A stretch of 64,000 nucleotides of DNA from a bacterium (GTDB taxonomy: Bacteria > Zhuqueibacterota > Zhuqueibacteria > Residuimicrobiales > Krinioviventaceae). The position numbers and the translations under genes are program-made. A model generated the notes under the pieces. That model saw nothing but the letters and a program-made list of their open reading frames with translations, was not told where the DNA came from and ran no database searches. Every line of letters starts with the position of its first letter. The first letter of the stretch is position 1. The stretch covers positions 4,224,001 through 4,288,000 of the forward strand of contig OY843751.1 of the NCBI GenBank assembly GCA_963693055.1, read 5' to 3'. Below, piece by piece: positions 46,909 through 57,938 of this stretch.

Positions 46909-49251
46909 ATGCGCAACATGAACCGTCACCACCTGTTTTCTGTCATTTTCCTGTTTTTTCTCCTGATGGGGAGCAATTTACCCGCTCAGGACGGGCAAAC
47001 CCGCGCCTTGTGGATAACCCGCTGGGACTATCAATCACCCGACGATATCAAACAGATTATGCGCAATGCCAGCGCCTATCATTTCAATACCATCCTGTTT
47101 CAGGTACGAGGCACCGGTACGGTAGCCTATCCCTCAAACCTTGAGCCCTGGTCCGCCGAGTTTAACCATACCGATCCCGGTTGGGACCCCCTTCAGCTTG
47201 CGCTTGAACTGGCACACGGTTATAACATGGAGCTGCACGCCTGGATCAACGTTTATCCCGGTTGGGGTGGCAAACAAGCACCAAACGATCCCAATCAACT
47301 TTACAACAGCCACAAAGACTGGTTCATGACCGATCAGGCCGGTAATCCCCAGGCGCTGAACAGCCACTATGTATGGCTCTCCCCCACGCATCCGCTGGTA
47401 CAAAAACATATTCTCAATCTATGCAGGGAGCTCTATTCCCGCTACAACATTGACGGCATTCATCTCGACTATTTCAGATACCCCGGTCCCGGATTTTCTT
47501 ATGATCCGGCATCCATTAAAATATTCCAGTTCAAAACCGGTCACACCCCGGATGAGGTCCCCTATACCTGGAACAAATGGCGGCGCAATAACATCAGTCT
47601 GCTGTTGGCAAAACTGCACAGGGCGCTCAAAGAACACAATCCTGAAATGATTCTTAGCGCTTCGGTTGTGGGTAATTACAGTCGCGGATACAACATGTTT
47701 TTTCAGGACAGCCACGGTTGGCTCGCCAACAATATCGTCGATGCGGTTTACCCCATGGTCTACACATCCGATTCTTTACTCTTTCGCAACTGGACCACCC
47801 AGCATCTGTTCAATACACACGATCGACATATATACCCCGGTATTCTAATCAATTCTCCCGATCAGATGGCAGACCAGATACGTATTTCCAACACGCTCAA
47901 TACAAAGGGGCTCGCACTGTTCTCGTACGGCAAGCTGTTTCCTTCGCATTTCCCGGATCCGGTTTACACCCAAAAGCTGGAAGCAGCCTTTGGCCCCTCT
48001 ACCCGTCCCGCTTCCCTGCCATGGAAAGCCTATGCCGGAGATTCGCAAGGTCCTGTTATCTCAGAGATCAAAACCATACCCGCATCTCTCGATGATCACA
48101 CAAAGTTTAAAATTGCCGCATACATTACAGATCCATCCGGTGTTTATGACGACAAAACCGGTCCCGAAGGCCAGGGCATTTACCTGATCTTTGACCGGCA
48201 GTGGCCGCCCAAAGACGGACAACAGTATAAAATGAGCCGGGTCAAAAAATCTGACAACTGGTACATAACAGACAAGTCCATACCCCCGCAAAGTATAGGG
48301 CTCGATTTCCGCTGCAGAATTTTCGCATGGGATGACTATCACGAATCAGCCAATCACCCCAAACGCAATTTGGGATACAGCGATATCTGGTCTTTTTCAA
48401 TCCTGAAAACTGACGATCATTATATATCCAAAGGTAAATGGGGACCGTCACTATGGCGGCCAACCTCGCTCGCTATCGATTCTCAGCAAAACATCTGGAT
48501 AGGCGGCATCAGTGAGAATCCTGTCACAGTATTGAAGCAGAACGGTGAACCCACGTTATTCTCGCCCATCACGGAAGCGCTGAACGAATATGGCAATCCC
48601 TTGCAAATCCAGTCTGTCTCCTGCCTGGCTTATTCCGGCAATGGATATATTTACGCGCTGGATTCTGATAATCCCGGTCTCATACTACGCTTTTTCACCC
48701 GAAACGGTATTGCAGATACAGCTTGGGTAACCAATTATCCCGCAAGCGCTCTCGATTGTGATGATTATGGTAATATTTATCTACTCGAAAGTCGTACTGC
48801 CAAATGGCATGTGCTGAACAAGCAGGGTGTTGAATTAAAAAACAGTCCTTTTGGTGAGGGACATTTCGGGCATGACATTGCAGTGCTAAGAGATGGCTCT
48901 GCGGTCTTTATAAACGATCTGTCTACAAATTCAGTACAACAATGGAACGGTGCCATAGAAGGCGAATACGCGCGTTTTTGGCAAAGTGATGACCTGCCGG
49001 CAGTAGATCTGGATGTGGGTAGAATTACATCAAAATCAAACTTTGTTTATGTCTCGCACAGCCAAAGGGGAATTATCACCATCTATAGTAGAGCGGGCTA
49101 TCCTGTAACGCATTTGACCGGCGGAACACCGCCATTATATGCGCCAATGGATATAGCAATATCCAAAGACGGATCAACGCTATATGTTTTGGAAGCTCCG
49201 GGTAACGGACCGTCTCAATTGATAAAATGGAATAAACAGGCAGGTAATTAA
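46909..49251 (+). CDS. secreted GHL10 (YddW/DigH-like) glycoside hydrolase with a C-terminal beta-propeller-like region
   Basis: Signal peptide; RALWITRW, FQVRG, WDPL, LHAWIN, DGIHLDYFRYP, PMVY; C-term NHL-like repeats (PTSLAIDSQQNIW, PMDIAISKDG..LYV). Confidence 0.85.
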   Translation: MRNMNRHHLFSVIFLFFLLMGSNLPAQDGQTRALWITRWDYQSPDDIKQIMRNASAYHFNTILFQVRGTGTVAYPSNLEPWSAEFNHTDPGWDPLQLALELAHGYNMELHAWINVYPGWGGKQAPNDPNQLYNSHKDWFMTDQAGNPQALNSHYVWLSPTHPLVQKHILNLCRELYSRYNIDGIHLDYFRYPGPGFSYDPASIKIFQFKTGHTPDEVPYTWNKWRRNNISLLLAKLHRALKEHNPEMILSASVVGNYSRGYNMFFQDSHGWLANNIVDAVYPMVYTSDSLLFRNWTTQHLFNTHDRHIYPGILINSPDQMADQIRISNTLNTKGLALFSYGKLFPSHFPDPVYTQKLEAAFGPSTRPASLPWKAYAGDSQGPVISEIKTIPASLDDHTKFKIAAYITDPSGVYDDKTGPEGQGIYLIFDRQWPPKDGQQYKMSRVKKSDNWYITDKSIPPQSIGLDFRCRIFAWDDYHESANHPKRNLGYSDIWSFSILKTDDHYISKGKWGPSLWRPTSLAIDSQQNIWIGGISENPVTVLKQNGEPTLFSPITEALNEYGNPLQIQSVSCLAYSGNGYIYALDSDNPGLILRFFTRNGIADTAWVTNYPASALDCDDYGNIYLLESRTAKWHVLNKQGVELKNSPFGEGHFGHDIAVLRDGSAVFINDLSTNSVQQWNGAIEGEYARFWQSDDLPAVDLDVGRITSKSNFVYVSHSQRGIITIYSRAGYPVTHLTGGTPPLYAPMDIAISKDGSTLYVLEAPGNGPSQLIKWNKQAGN

Positions 49252-50108
49252 CGGGTCATCAACATGGCGCAAGGCAAATTCTGCAAAGCCAGCTCCAGTT
49301 GTTGAGGAAATAATCGGTCCCACAAATTCAAACGACTACGGGGACCATGCACAATAAACAAGTCCGCCATAATTTCACGAGTCAGATCTAGCGTTGTTGA
49401 ACGGCTCTTTTCGTTCAAACACCGGGTCTGAAAGCTAATACCCTCTGTATCAAACTCGGCAATAAAAGATTTCAGCTTGTCATCTTCTTTTTTATAAATA
49501 TCTTTGATCTTTTTAGCGTCATTGCTTAGTGTCTTTTTATCAGCAAGATCAGGTATACGAAACGTATGCGTAAAAAACAGATCTCGTGTCCCCAATTCTT
49601 GCGCTATATTAATAGCGACCTGAACAGCCAGTCTGGCTTCATCATCATACTCTACCGCACAATGGATACGTTGCAGAGGCATTGGTTTGATCTGGGGTTC
49701 CGTCATTAACAATACAGAACAAGGCGCATGTCGTGCAATGCTTCTAGCCACAGAACCAAGATAATACTTTAAAAATCCTTCTTTTTTCAAGGCTCCGGCA
49801 ACTATTAAATCTGCATCATATTCTTTGGCCACATCAATCAAAACATCGGCAGGATTACCATTCCGAACAAAGCAGATTGGCGGGTGTTTTTTAAAATTAG
49901 ACTGGTCTATAGCCTCTTCCAGCTTTATACGTTGCGAAGCCGTTTCGTCACCTGCATGCACAATGATTGGCCAGGTGCCCATCATTTTTAACAATCGATG
50001 AGATTCATTCAACACCGCAGTCAATCTTGGGGAGAATGCGGCAGCAACAACAGCCCGTTTAAAAACAGGTTCTCCTAAAGAATCATTCATATCAAACGGC
50101 TCTAACAC
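49248..50108 (-). CDS. universal stress protein (tandem USP domains)
   Basis: GNPADVLIDVAKEYDADLIVAG...LGSVARSIARHAPCSVL; second domain ends LPCAMLM. Confidence 0.88.
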   Translation of the reverse strand: MLEPFDMNDSLGEPVFKRAVVAAAFSPRLTAVLNESHRLLKMMGTWPIIVHAGDETASQRIKLEEAIDQSNFKKHPPICFVRNGNPADVLIDVAKEYDADLIVAGALKKEGFLKYYLGSVARSIARHAPCSVLLMTEPQIKPMPLQRIHCAVEYDDEARLAVQVAINIAQELGTRDLFFTHTFRIPDLADKKTLSNDAKKIKDIYKKEDDKLKSFIAEFDTEGISFQTRCLNEKSRSTTLDLTREIMADLFIVHGPRSRLNLWDRLFPQQLELALQNLPCAMLMTR

Positions 50109-50425
50109 CCTGGTTCTCCTGGATTAAAATAAAACAATAACTTAGCCAATCACGCTTCAAAAATCAAGCACTAAATTCAAGATAAATAAAATATATCAAA
50201 AAGATTTATAATTTTTCAGCGTCTATATAATCAAGAAATTTCAAAACAATTCAACATCGTTTGTATGATTTTGGTCTAATTGTTGCCAAAACAGTGTTAG
50301 AAAATCAATATAAAAATATTATAGTTCTTTCATAAACAATAAAGCAATAAAAACAATAACTTAGAAACCCTACAAGTGTGGTATCCCTTAAGCTGTTACC
50401 TTTATGGGACAAATAAAGACCAAAA

Positions 50426-53400
50426 TTGATTTTCATGCCACATTTTTGTATTTGTAGCAAATATGCTGTTATGCATAAAATTATTCCGGGAAGGTATTTT
50501 GGTATGTTGCCAAAAGATAAAAGTACTTTATTTAATACACTCGCAAATCAGGTAAATACGGTCGTTTTTATCACTTCTGATTCATTCAAAATTTTGGATC
50601 AAAACAAATACGCCAATGACATGCTGGGTTTGGATAATTCAAACAATAAAAAATCATTGCTTGACTATATCCCCGCACTTTCAAAATATGTAGAAAAATT
50701 ATCAACGCTTGAACATTTTACACTTGAAACCGATTTTATTCGTCCTGACCAATCCATATGCAAAGTTCAAATTGAAATCAATTCTTTCAAAGACAGAAAA
50801 AAAACATATTATATTTTTGTCATCAACAAAGAAAATGTAAAATCCTCTGGGTGCGCATGTAAAGATTTTGATATTGTACTAAATATTACCGGTATTCCTG
50901 CGGTAATCATTGAGCAAGACTATACCATCTCACTTGCCAATCCCGAGTTTATTAACTTTTCTGGGTATTCTAAAAAAGAAATAGAAGGACATAAAACCGT
51001 TCTTGACTTTATTTCCCAAAATGATATCAAAAAACTCAAAGCTATGGTAACGGAAAAAACTAATTCAGCGTTTAAGCTGGAAAACCACGAAATCCTGTTT
51101 ATTGATAAAAATCGCAATACCAAAACCATCTATGCGTCCATTGATACTTTGCCGGAAACCGGACAAATGGTTGCATTTTTGCGGGATATAAGTCATCACA
51201 ATACCATCAAAGATTTTTGGTCAAAACAAAAAACGCTTTATAACGCGCTGATTGATAGCGAAAACACAGGCATTATGATATTGACTCGAAACAACAATAT
51301 TAAATTTGTGAATCGTATCATGTCTATTATGCTCGGATTCAAAGCGGAAGCGTTAGAAGGTAAAAGCTTGTCCGAATTTATGGATACCGATCTTTTAACC
51401 AACCCCAGAATCAATCTCTTTGAAAAACCCGAACTGGTATTAAAAACGAAATATGGAAATAAAAAACATTTTATTGTATCAGTTGCACAGGTACAGGAAA
51501 CCCAGGCCAATGCAGATGATAAAATGTTAATCCTGACAGACATTACTGAGCGTAAAAACGTTGAAGAAGCGTTAATGATTGAACAGACCTTGATCAGCTC
51601 TCTCATAGATAATATTCCGGATACAATATATTTCAAAGATAAAAAAAGCAGATTTATCAAAATCAACAAGTCTCATGCCAAAATAATGGGCTTGGAGAAT
51701 GCACATGACGCTATAGGGAAAACCGATTTCGATTTCTTTCCGCAAAACGATGCAGAAAAATACATGATAGACGAACAAAAAATCCTTAAAGAGAATAAAC
51801 TTTTGGTAGACAGAGTTGAAAGAGTTCTCCACGCTGATGGATCGTATCATTGGTACTCTACAATTAAAATTCCTCTGGTTATTAACGGACAAGTATCGGG
51901 CATAGTTGGCTTGTCTCGTGATATTACAGAAATCAAAGAAATGAGTAATGAGCTCGGCAAAAAGAACAAAGAACTCGATATCGCTCTGGCCAAAGCAGAA
52001 ACGGCTACCCAGGCTAAAACAGATTTTTTAGCCAATATGAGTCACGAAATCCGAACACCCATGAATGGTGTTATCGGCATGACCAGTCTCTTGCTTGAGA
52101 CGGAACTCACCAACGAACAAAAAGACTATCTTGAAACTATTCGCAACGGTGGCAATGCTCTGCTGGTACTAATCAATGATATTCTTGATTATTCAAAAAT
52201 AGAATCCGGTAAACTTGATCTTGAATACCGTGAATTTGATCTCAGAGAACGCATTGAGGAATCTCTTGACCTGCAAGCAGCAAATGCAACTCAAAAAGGT
52301 CTTGAACTTGCCTACCTCATTGATGACAATACTCCAACCAATCTCATTGGTGACGAGTTGCGTTTAGGGCAAATTCTGAATAATCTGTTGAGTAACGCAA
52401 TCAAATTCACCCGTGAAGGTGAAGTGGTTGTGCATGTAAGCGCTGAAAAACAGGGACACAATAATTTTAAATATACTTTTGCAGTCAAAGATACCGGTAT
52501 CGGAATCCCTCAGGACCGAATGGATCGTCTTTTTAAATCATTCAGTCAGGTAGACACCTCTACCACACGTAGATACGGTGGGACCGGCCTGGGCCTTGCT
52601 ATCAGCAAACGTCTTTCCGAATTAATGATGGGAAAAATGTGGGTCGAAAGCACTGTCAACAAGGGATCAACCTTTTACTTTTCAGTCCAGGCAGAGACAC
52701 GTGATCCCAGGCCCAAAGTATTTGTTAAAAGTGCAACTTCAAAATTAAAAGATAAACGGTTGCTGATTGTTGACGATAACCAAACCAACCGCACTATTCT
52801 TACCAAACTTGCAGAAAACTGGCAAATGCTGCCACAAAATGCCGAGTCCGCAGAAGAAGCCCTAAGACTTTTGCGTAAAGGATATTTTTATGATCTGGCA
52901 ATACTTGATATGCAAATGCCTGAAATGGATGGGCTGGAACTTGCCAGGATCATCAAATCCGATCCCGACACACGCAACATGCCATTATTTATGCTTACAT
53001 CAATCGGTTGGAAGAGTGAAGAGTTTGAAAAAGAAGGTGTTCAATTACAGGGAATTATGTCAAAACCTGTAAAACAAAACCATCTTTACAACGCACTGGT
53101 CGATCATTTTAAACAGAAACAAACAGTATCACCCAGAACAACAAAAACCGAAAAATCCAAAATAGATCCCAATATGGGAAATTGGCTGCCGCTAAGCATA
53201 CTGGTCGCTGAAGACAATCCCGTAAACCAAAAACTGATCATCCGGTTATTGAACAAAATGGGCTACAAGCCGGATATCGTTCATAATGGATTAGAAGCCA
53301 TCATGGCACTTGAAAGAACCACATACAATGTTATCCTTATGGATGTTCAAATGCCAGAAATGGACGGATTGGAAGCAACCCGTATTATTAAAGAAAAATT

Positions 53401-53563
53401 TCCCAACGGCAGCAGACCCCTTATTATTGCCATGACAGCAAATGCAATGCAGGGTGACAGGGAAAAGTGTATAGACTCAGGCATGGATGATTATGTCAGT
53501 AAACCTATTGACATATCTGAACTGACTAACGCATTATTTAAATGTAAAATATCTGTCAATTGA
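50426..53563 (+). CDS. cytoplasmic multi-PAS hybrid histidine kinase with two receiver domains
   Basis: PAS repeats (RDIS, TDITERK, RDITE), [40 protein letters not shown] motifs LDMQMP and MDVQMP; no TM; true start may be a downstream Met. Confidence 0.92.
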   Translation: MIFMPHFCICSKYAVMHKIIPGRYFGMLPKDKSTLFNTLANQVNTVVFITSDSFKILDQNKYANDMLGLDNSNNKKSLLDYIPALSKYVEKLSTLEHFTLETDFIRPDQSICKVQIEINSFKDRKKTYYIFVINKENVKSSGCACKDFDIVLNITGIPAVIIEQDYTISLANPEFINFSGYSKKEIEGHKTVLDFISQNDIKKLKAMVTEKTNSAFKLENHEILFIDKNRNTKTIYASIDTLPETGQMVAFLRDISHHNTIKDFWSKQKTLYNALIDSENTGIMILTRNNNIKFVNRIMSIMLGFKAEALEGKSLSEFMDTDLLTNPRINLFEKPELVLKTKYGNKKHFIVSVAQVQETQANADDKMLILTDITERKNVEEALMIEQTLISSLIDNIPDTIYFKDKKSRFIKINKSHAKIMGLENAHDAIGKTDFDFFPQNDAEKYMIDEQKILKENKLLVDRVERVLHADGSYHWYSTIKIPLVINGQVSGIVGLSRDITEIKEMSNELGKKNKELDIALAKAETATQAKTDFLANMSHEIRTPMNGVIGMTSLLLETELTNEQKDYLETIRNGGNALLVLINDILDYSKIESGKLDLEYREFDLRERIEESLDLQAANATQKGLELAYLIDDNTPTNLIGDELRLGQILNNLLSNAIKFTREGEVVVHVSAEKQGHNNFKYTFAVKDTGIGIPQDRMDRLFKSFSQVDTSTTRRYGGTGLGLAISKRLSELMMGKMWVESTVNKGSTFYFSVQAETRDPRPKVFVKSATSKLKDKRLLIVDDNQTNRTILTKLAENWQMLPQNAESAEEALRLLRKGYFYDLAILDMQMPEMDGLELARIIKSDPDTRNMPLFMLTSIGWKSEEFEKEGVQLQGIMSKPVKQNHLYNALVDHFKQKQTVSPRTTKTEKSKIDPNMGNWLPLSILVAEDNPVNQKLIIRLLNKMGYKPDIVHNGLEAIMALERTTYNVILMDVQMPEMDGLEATRIIKEKFPNGSRPLIIAMTANAMQGDREKCIDSGMDDYVSKPIDISELTNALFKCKISVN

Positions 53564-53594
53564 AAGATTATTTAATAATTAATAGAGGACTAAA

Positions 53595-53981
53595 ATGCAA
53601 GCAGATCATGTTTTGAACGTTGAAGAGTTATATGAACGTGTAGCAGGTGACGAAGAACTGCTCCAGGAAATCATAGAATTATTCATGGAAGACTATCAAG
53701 AGCATTTGGATAACATCAACACTGCAATAGCAACCAATGATGCAGAAGCGCTGACCAAAGCGGCACATACTTTAAAAGGTGCAGTGGCTACTTTTGCTGC
53801 AGCCAAAGCCAAAGATGCTGCGTTTGTTCTTGAAAAAATGGGTAGAAACAATGATCTCACCGGGGGCTTGGAAGCATATCAAACACTGGTGATCGAGGTT
53901 CAGCATTTAAAAGAAGCTTTATCTCAATTTACAATTCCGGAAGAAATAGAAAAAACACTAGACCACGAAGCAATTTTTTAA
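53595..53981 (+). CDS. Hpt domain phosphotransfer protein
   Basis: GDEELL.E....F, AAHTLKGA motif; GAGG RBS; follows the hybrid kinase. Confidence 0.9.
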   Translation: MQADHVLNVEELYERVAGDEELLQEIIELFMEDYQEHLDNINTAIATNDAEALTKAAHTLKGAVATFAAAKAKDAAFVLEKMGRNNDLTGGLEAYQTLVIEVQHLKEALSQFTIPEEIEKTLDHEAIF

Positions 53982-53983
53982 AT

Positions 53984-54016
53984 AAAAAAAGGCACCGGCT
54001 TAACACTGGTGCCTTT
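53984..54016. terminator. bidirectional intrinsic terminator
   Basis: AAAGGCACCGG...CTGGTGCCTTT between the convergent hpt and ROK genes, with A/T tracts on both sides. Confidence 0.75.
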
Positions 54017-54024
54017 ATAAAACT

Positions 54025-55128
54025 CTATTTCGATAATTCGTGCAGCGCAAAGGCATAAGCACCAATAGCTACGGCCTTACTTGTGCCCAGACGGGAAATT
54101 CCCACACCTACACGTTTCAGGGGATCGTATAATATTTTATTATTTTTTCGTGGAACCGTGATCTCTATAACATCACCTTTTACAAAAGCATCCATTTCTT
54201 TATCATCTTCAAGATTATATGCTCTCGATTCCATACGGTTTACCCATTCACCACTATAGGTTGCCATCTTACTGTTCAACTCGGCTACAATACCCGGCAA
54301 CAACAATTCACTGGCACCAGACAAACCACCGCCAATCACTATCAAACCATCTATCAGTATTGAAGTATTTGCAAGCACATCTCCAACAATCTCTGCAAGT
54401 TCATCAAATGCTCTTACAGCAGCTTGTTTATTGCCATCCATCTTGCCTTTGGCAATATCAAATATATCACAAGGTTCAGGAGCGTCTTTAATATCTATAC
54501 CATCAATACGCGCAAAAGTGCCTTTTACACCACGAATACTTGCACCCTCTTCAGCAAATGAATCTAAATGCAGTTTATTGCGCATACTCCATATCTCAAA
54601 CCCGGCAGAATTGTCACCCAAAAACAATTCACCATTCGAAACCATACCACCGCCAAAACCGGTGCCCAGGGTTACTCCAAATATATTTTTATACTGCTTG
54701 GGGCTTCCCGCCGATTTGAGCGTTTCATTTACCTGCGGTAACAATCCTGCAATGGCTTCACCATAAACAAACAGGTCCCCATCATTGTTTATAAATACTG
54801 GCACATTGAATAACGATTCAAGCATAGGTCCCAACGCAACACCTCCGCGAAATCCCGGTAGATTCACCAGATCACCAATAATTCCATTGGGATAATCTGC
54901 AGGCCCGGGAAACGCAAAGCTGATTGCCGCGGGTTTCTGCTCCAGTTTGGATTGGAGCTGGGTAAATCCTTCAATTATCGTATCCAGACATTTTTCAAGA
55001 TCATGCGCATTGGATGGCAGTCTCAAGGGTCCGGCAACCTCCTTGTTTCCCTGAATTGCGGAAAAAACAAAATTGGTGCCTCCGGCATCCAGCGTCATGA
55101 CGATCCGTTTATCGTCATCATATTTCAT
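54025..55128 (-). CDS. ROK family sugar kinase
   Basis: LDAGGTN, AFPGPADY, INNDGD, TLGTGFGGG, IGGGLS. Confidence 0.9.
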   Translation of the reverse strand: MKYDDDKRIVMTLDAGGTNFVFSAIQGNKEVAGPLRLPSNAHDLEKCLDTIIEGFTQLQSKLEQKPAAISFAFPGPADYPNGIIGDLVNLPGFRGGVALGPMLESLFNVPVFINNDGDLFVYGEAIAGLLPQVNETLKSAGSPKQYKNIFGVTLGTGFGGGMVSNGELFLGDNSAGFEIWSMRNKLHLDSFAEEGASIRGVKGTFARIDGIDIKDAPEPCDIFDIAKGKMDGNKQAAVRAFDELAEIVGDVLANTSILIDGLIVIGGGLSGASELLLPGIVAELNSKMATYSGEWVNRMESRAYNLEDDKEMDAFVKGDVIEITVPRKNNKILYDPLKRVGVGISRLGTSKAVAIGAYAFALHELSK

Positions 55129-55235
55129 TTGTATAGCACTCCTTTACCTTTGCTTGGTGGTTATAAAAAGCCGGAGAAATTCCCGGTCAAAATTTTCAAC
55201 AATAGCATTTACAAAGATATTTATTCTGAAAAAGT

Positions 55236-55571
55236 CTATTCAGCTAAAAAATCCTCGCGAATGGGTGTAAATGTATCCAATATCAAAACGTCTTCATCAC
55301 CTATAACGGTCACACCATGTTGAACATTTGAAGCAACCAGGTATCCCTCACCGGCCTTTAATTCTTTTTTATCACCGGCAATATTTGCTATCAATTTACC
55401 CTGCAAAATATAACCAGTCTGTTCATGCGGATGACTATGCACCGGCGCATCGGTTCCTGCTTTCAACTCTACAAGAACATGCATTAAATTGCCAATCCAT
55501 ATTTGTTTTCTGCGGGTATTTTCATCCACAGGGATCCATTCCAGTTCGTCCCAATTGAAAAATACGCTCAT
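55236..55571 (-). CDS. cupin domain protein
   Basis: HSHPHEQTGY...HGV...DTFTP.RED. Confidence 0.88.
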   Translation of the reverse strand: MSVFFNWDELEWIPVDENTRRKQIWIGNLMHVLVELKAGTDAPVHSHPHEQTGYILQGKLIANIAGDKKELKAGEGYLVASNVQHGVTVIGDEDVLILDTFTPIREDFLAE

Positions 55572-57931
55572 GATTCACCTTGATCTTTTTTATCATCAAT
55601 ATTTTCTGTAGTCTTGCGCATTTCACGCGACAGTTTCAGGAATTCATCCGGCATCATCTCTTTAATATAAACCATACCGTGACTTGCACGCATTCTGGGA
55701 TGCTGATTTTCATAAAAGAACTCTCTACCCAGGCAGGTCTTGATATCCAGATATTGTTCTACCATAATCTTACGTGCCAGGCGGGAGAACGGTCCATCCA
55801 GTTCATAACTTGGGAACGATGCATTACGCTGTGACCCAAAACACTTGTCAAACGCATTTTCCAAAACAGCCATAGAATTCAGCGAAACCGGGACCAGTAT
55901 ATTGACATCCGTGGGATGAAAACGGTACCACACATTTCGGTAGCCCCAAACTTTGACATCTTTACGGCCGGTTTTTGCGATATATTCTTTCAAAGATTCT
56001 GCAATAACTTGCAGCACCTTGTAATGCGTATCTGGTCCGCTTGCTTCCGGGTCAAGTGCCACGGTCACTATAGATGGTTGAATTTTCATCATCTGACGGA
56101 GAACCGGCGCCACATCGCGATCTACAGTAGGTTCTTCGGTAAAGATATCACCTTTATAAAATCCCAAACGCATATGATGCACATTGTTATTATTAAAGCC
56201 CAAATATCCCCATAGCAGGTCAGCTTCCCATTCTCTTATCATACCCTTGAATTGTTGAATATAGGGCAGGTCTTTTTTACCGGGATATTGAGATTCAAAA
56301 TACATTTGCAATTCATTGATCCGGTTTTTCAATTGTTTAATGCCCGGTTCTTCAAATAAAAAGATCAAATTTCGTAATAAACGTCGCGCTTCACCTTCAT
56401 TCTGCATGGTCCTGCTATGTGCAGCCACACCATCCAGATATTTATAAACATCACGGTTACGTGCAGTATAATTGTCGTTGTCAAAATAATTTTCACTCAT
56501 CAAATGTTCACAAATGGGTGTATCCATATAAGACAATAACATATTGATCCTGTCAAGCACAAAGCTGTTGGTCACTGCATTAAAACCGCTTGTCATATAT
56601 GTAAAATGATGTTTATTTAAAGGAGTACGAACCAGATGCAAAATATAAGCCCAATACCCCAGCATAATATCATCATGATGCGGTGCAGTATGCAGAAACA
56701 CCTGATTTTCCAGCATTTCCAAACCGCGGTCAATCTTTTGGGTCAAATCATCATGCGTTTGATTTATCAAATCTTTAACTTTGAACTCTCGTTTTTCCAG
56801 CAAATGCGCGGCAAAACGATTGCTCTCAAAGTCCTGTTTATCCAACTCCAACAGACGTTTATTTTTTTCTAAAGCTAGTCCTGTAACAATTTTGCCAATT
56901 TGTTCCTGTGAAACTTTAGCTTTACACAGGTCCGCGTAATTGCGTTCATCCAGTTGAGATGCCGCACCACGGGTCAAATAAAACCGGCTATTCTTCAAAG
57001 ACTGTAATACCGTTGCAGGGTACACATTACATGCCTCTTCCTGCACAGCCTCACGCACAACACGTGCTTTTGCCTCTCCTGCTGCAATAATAATTGCAAC
57101 AGCTTCAGGATTATAAGTTATGGTTGACAAACCAACAGTAATCACTAACCTTTTGCGGGCAACTTCAATCCCCCCCAGATCCGATGCCGCTGCCGCCTGG
57201 GTCTCGTAATTGGTTGCTGTGAGTCGGGTTGTGGAATAGTGATCTGATCCCAGCACATTGAAACCGATATGCCCATCAGGCCCTATGCCTCCCAGGAAGA
57301 ATCCAATCCCTCCCATTTTGCGGATCTTGTCTTCATATTCTGTACAATATTGATCAATATTCTGAATTACTTCTTTTTGAAGCCGTTCCTGGCTGTTACG
57401 ACCCAAACGGGTGCGTAATCCCAAATCAACGACCTCATCGGGAAAAATCTCTTTCATGGTCATACCAGCAGGGATACCGGTATTCCAGGCATCTAACAAC
57501 AGAGCTTTTTTGATATCAAGGCCAAAGCCCTCAATATAATATTTTTTTATATAGTATGAAAAGCTGTTACTTTGTGTAGAATTGATAGGATAAAATTCAT
57601 CAATTTGAACAAATCTTAAATTTTTCGTAGACGGTTTTTTTGCAGGATCAAGACCTGCAGCCTCAAGTTCTTCAGCAACTTTGGCATCGTTCCAGTTTTG
57701 CAGGTAATATACAACCCATTTAATAAAATGTTCAGGGGTTTTACCAGTTGGCAAAGAGATAACCCCCTCGGGGTTCTCACCAATCCATTCTAAAAAACGT
57801 AATGCCGTTAAACGACCTAACGCCGGAAAGTTATCAACCTCAAGTATCCCTATTTTTTCGGTCGGACTGTATTGAAAGCGGCGTTTGCTCGAATCAAGCG
57901 CCATTTGTTCTACTTTGGATTGTAACTTCAT
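55568..57931 (-). CDS. glucosamine-6-phosphate deaminase-like domain fused to a PIG-L/LmbE-like deacetylase domain
   Basis: SLPTGKTP, QIDEFYP, GGIGPDGHIGFN (NagB); APHHDD and PDTH (PIG-L-like). Start set at ATG 57931 (GAGGAG upstream, avoids overlap); ORF track starts at 58018. Confidence 0.8.
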   Translation of the reverse strand: MKLQSKVEQMALDSSKRRFQYSPTEKIGILEVDNFPALGRLTALRFLEWIGENPEGVISLPTGKTPEHFIKWVVYYLQNWNDAKVAEELEAAGLDPAKKPSTKNLRFVQIDEFYPINSTQSNSFSYYIKKYYIEGFGLDIKKALLLDAWNTGIPAGMTMKEIFPDEVVDLGLRTRLGRNSQERLQKEVIQNIDQYCTEYEDKIRKMGGIGFFLGGIGPDGHIGFNVLGSDHYSTTRLTATNYETQAAAASDLGGIEVARKRLVITVGLSTITYNPEAVAIIIAAGEAKARVVREAVQEEACNVYPATVLQSLKNSRFYLTRGAASQLDERNYADLCKAKVSQEQIGKIVTGLALEKNKRLLELDKQDFESNRFAAHLLEKREFKVKDLINQTHDDLTQKIDRGLEMLENQVFLHTAPHHDDIMLGYWAYILHLVRTPLNKHHFTYMTSGFNAVTNSFVLDRINMLLSYMDTPICEHLMSENYFDNDNYTARNRDVYKYLDGVAAHSRTMQNEGEARRLLRNLIFLFEEPGIKQLKNRINELQMYFESQYPGKKDLPYIQQFKGMIREWEADLLWGYLGFNNNNVHHMRLGFYKGDIFTEEPTVDRDVAPVLRQMMKIQPSIVTVALDPEASGPDTHYKVLQVIAESLKEYIAKTGRKDVKVWGYRNVWYRFHPTDVNILVPVSLNSMAVLENAFDKCFGSQRNASFPSYELDGPFSRLARKIMVEQYLDIKTCLGREFFYENQHPRMRASHGMVYIKEMMPDEFLKLSREMRKTTENIDDKKDQGES

Positions 57932-57938
57932 ATACTCT

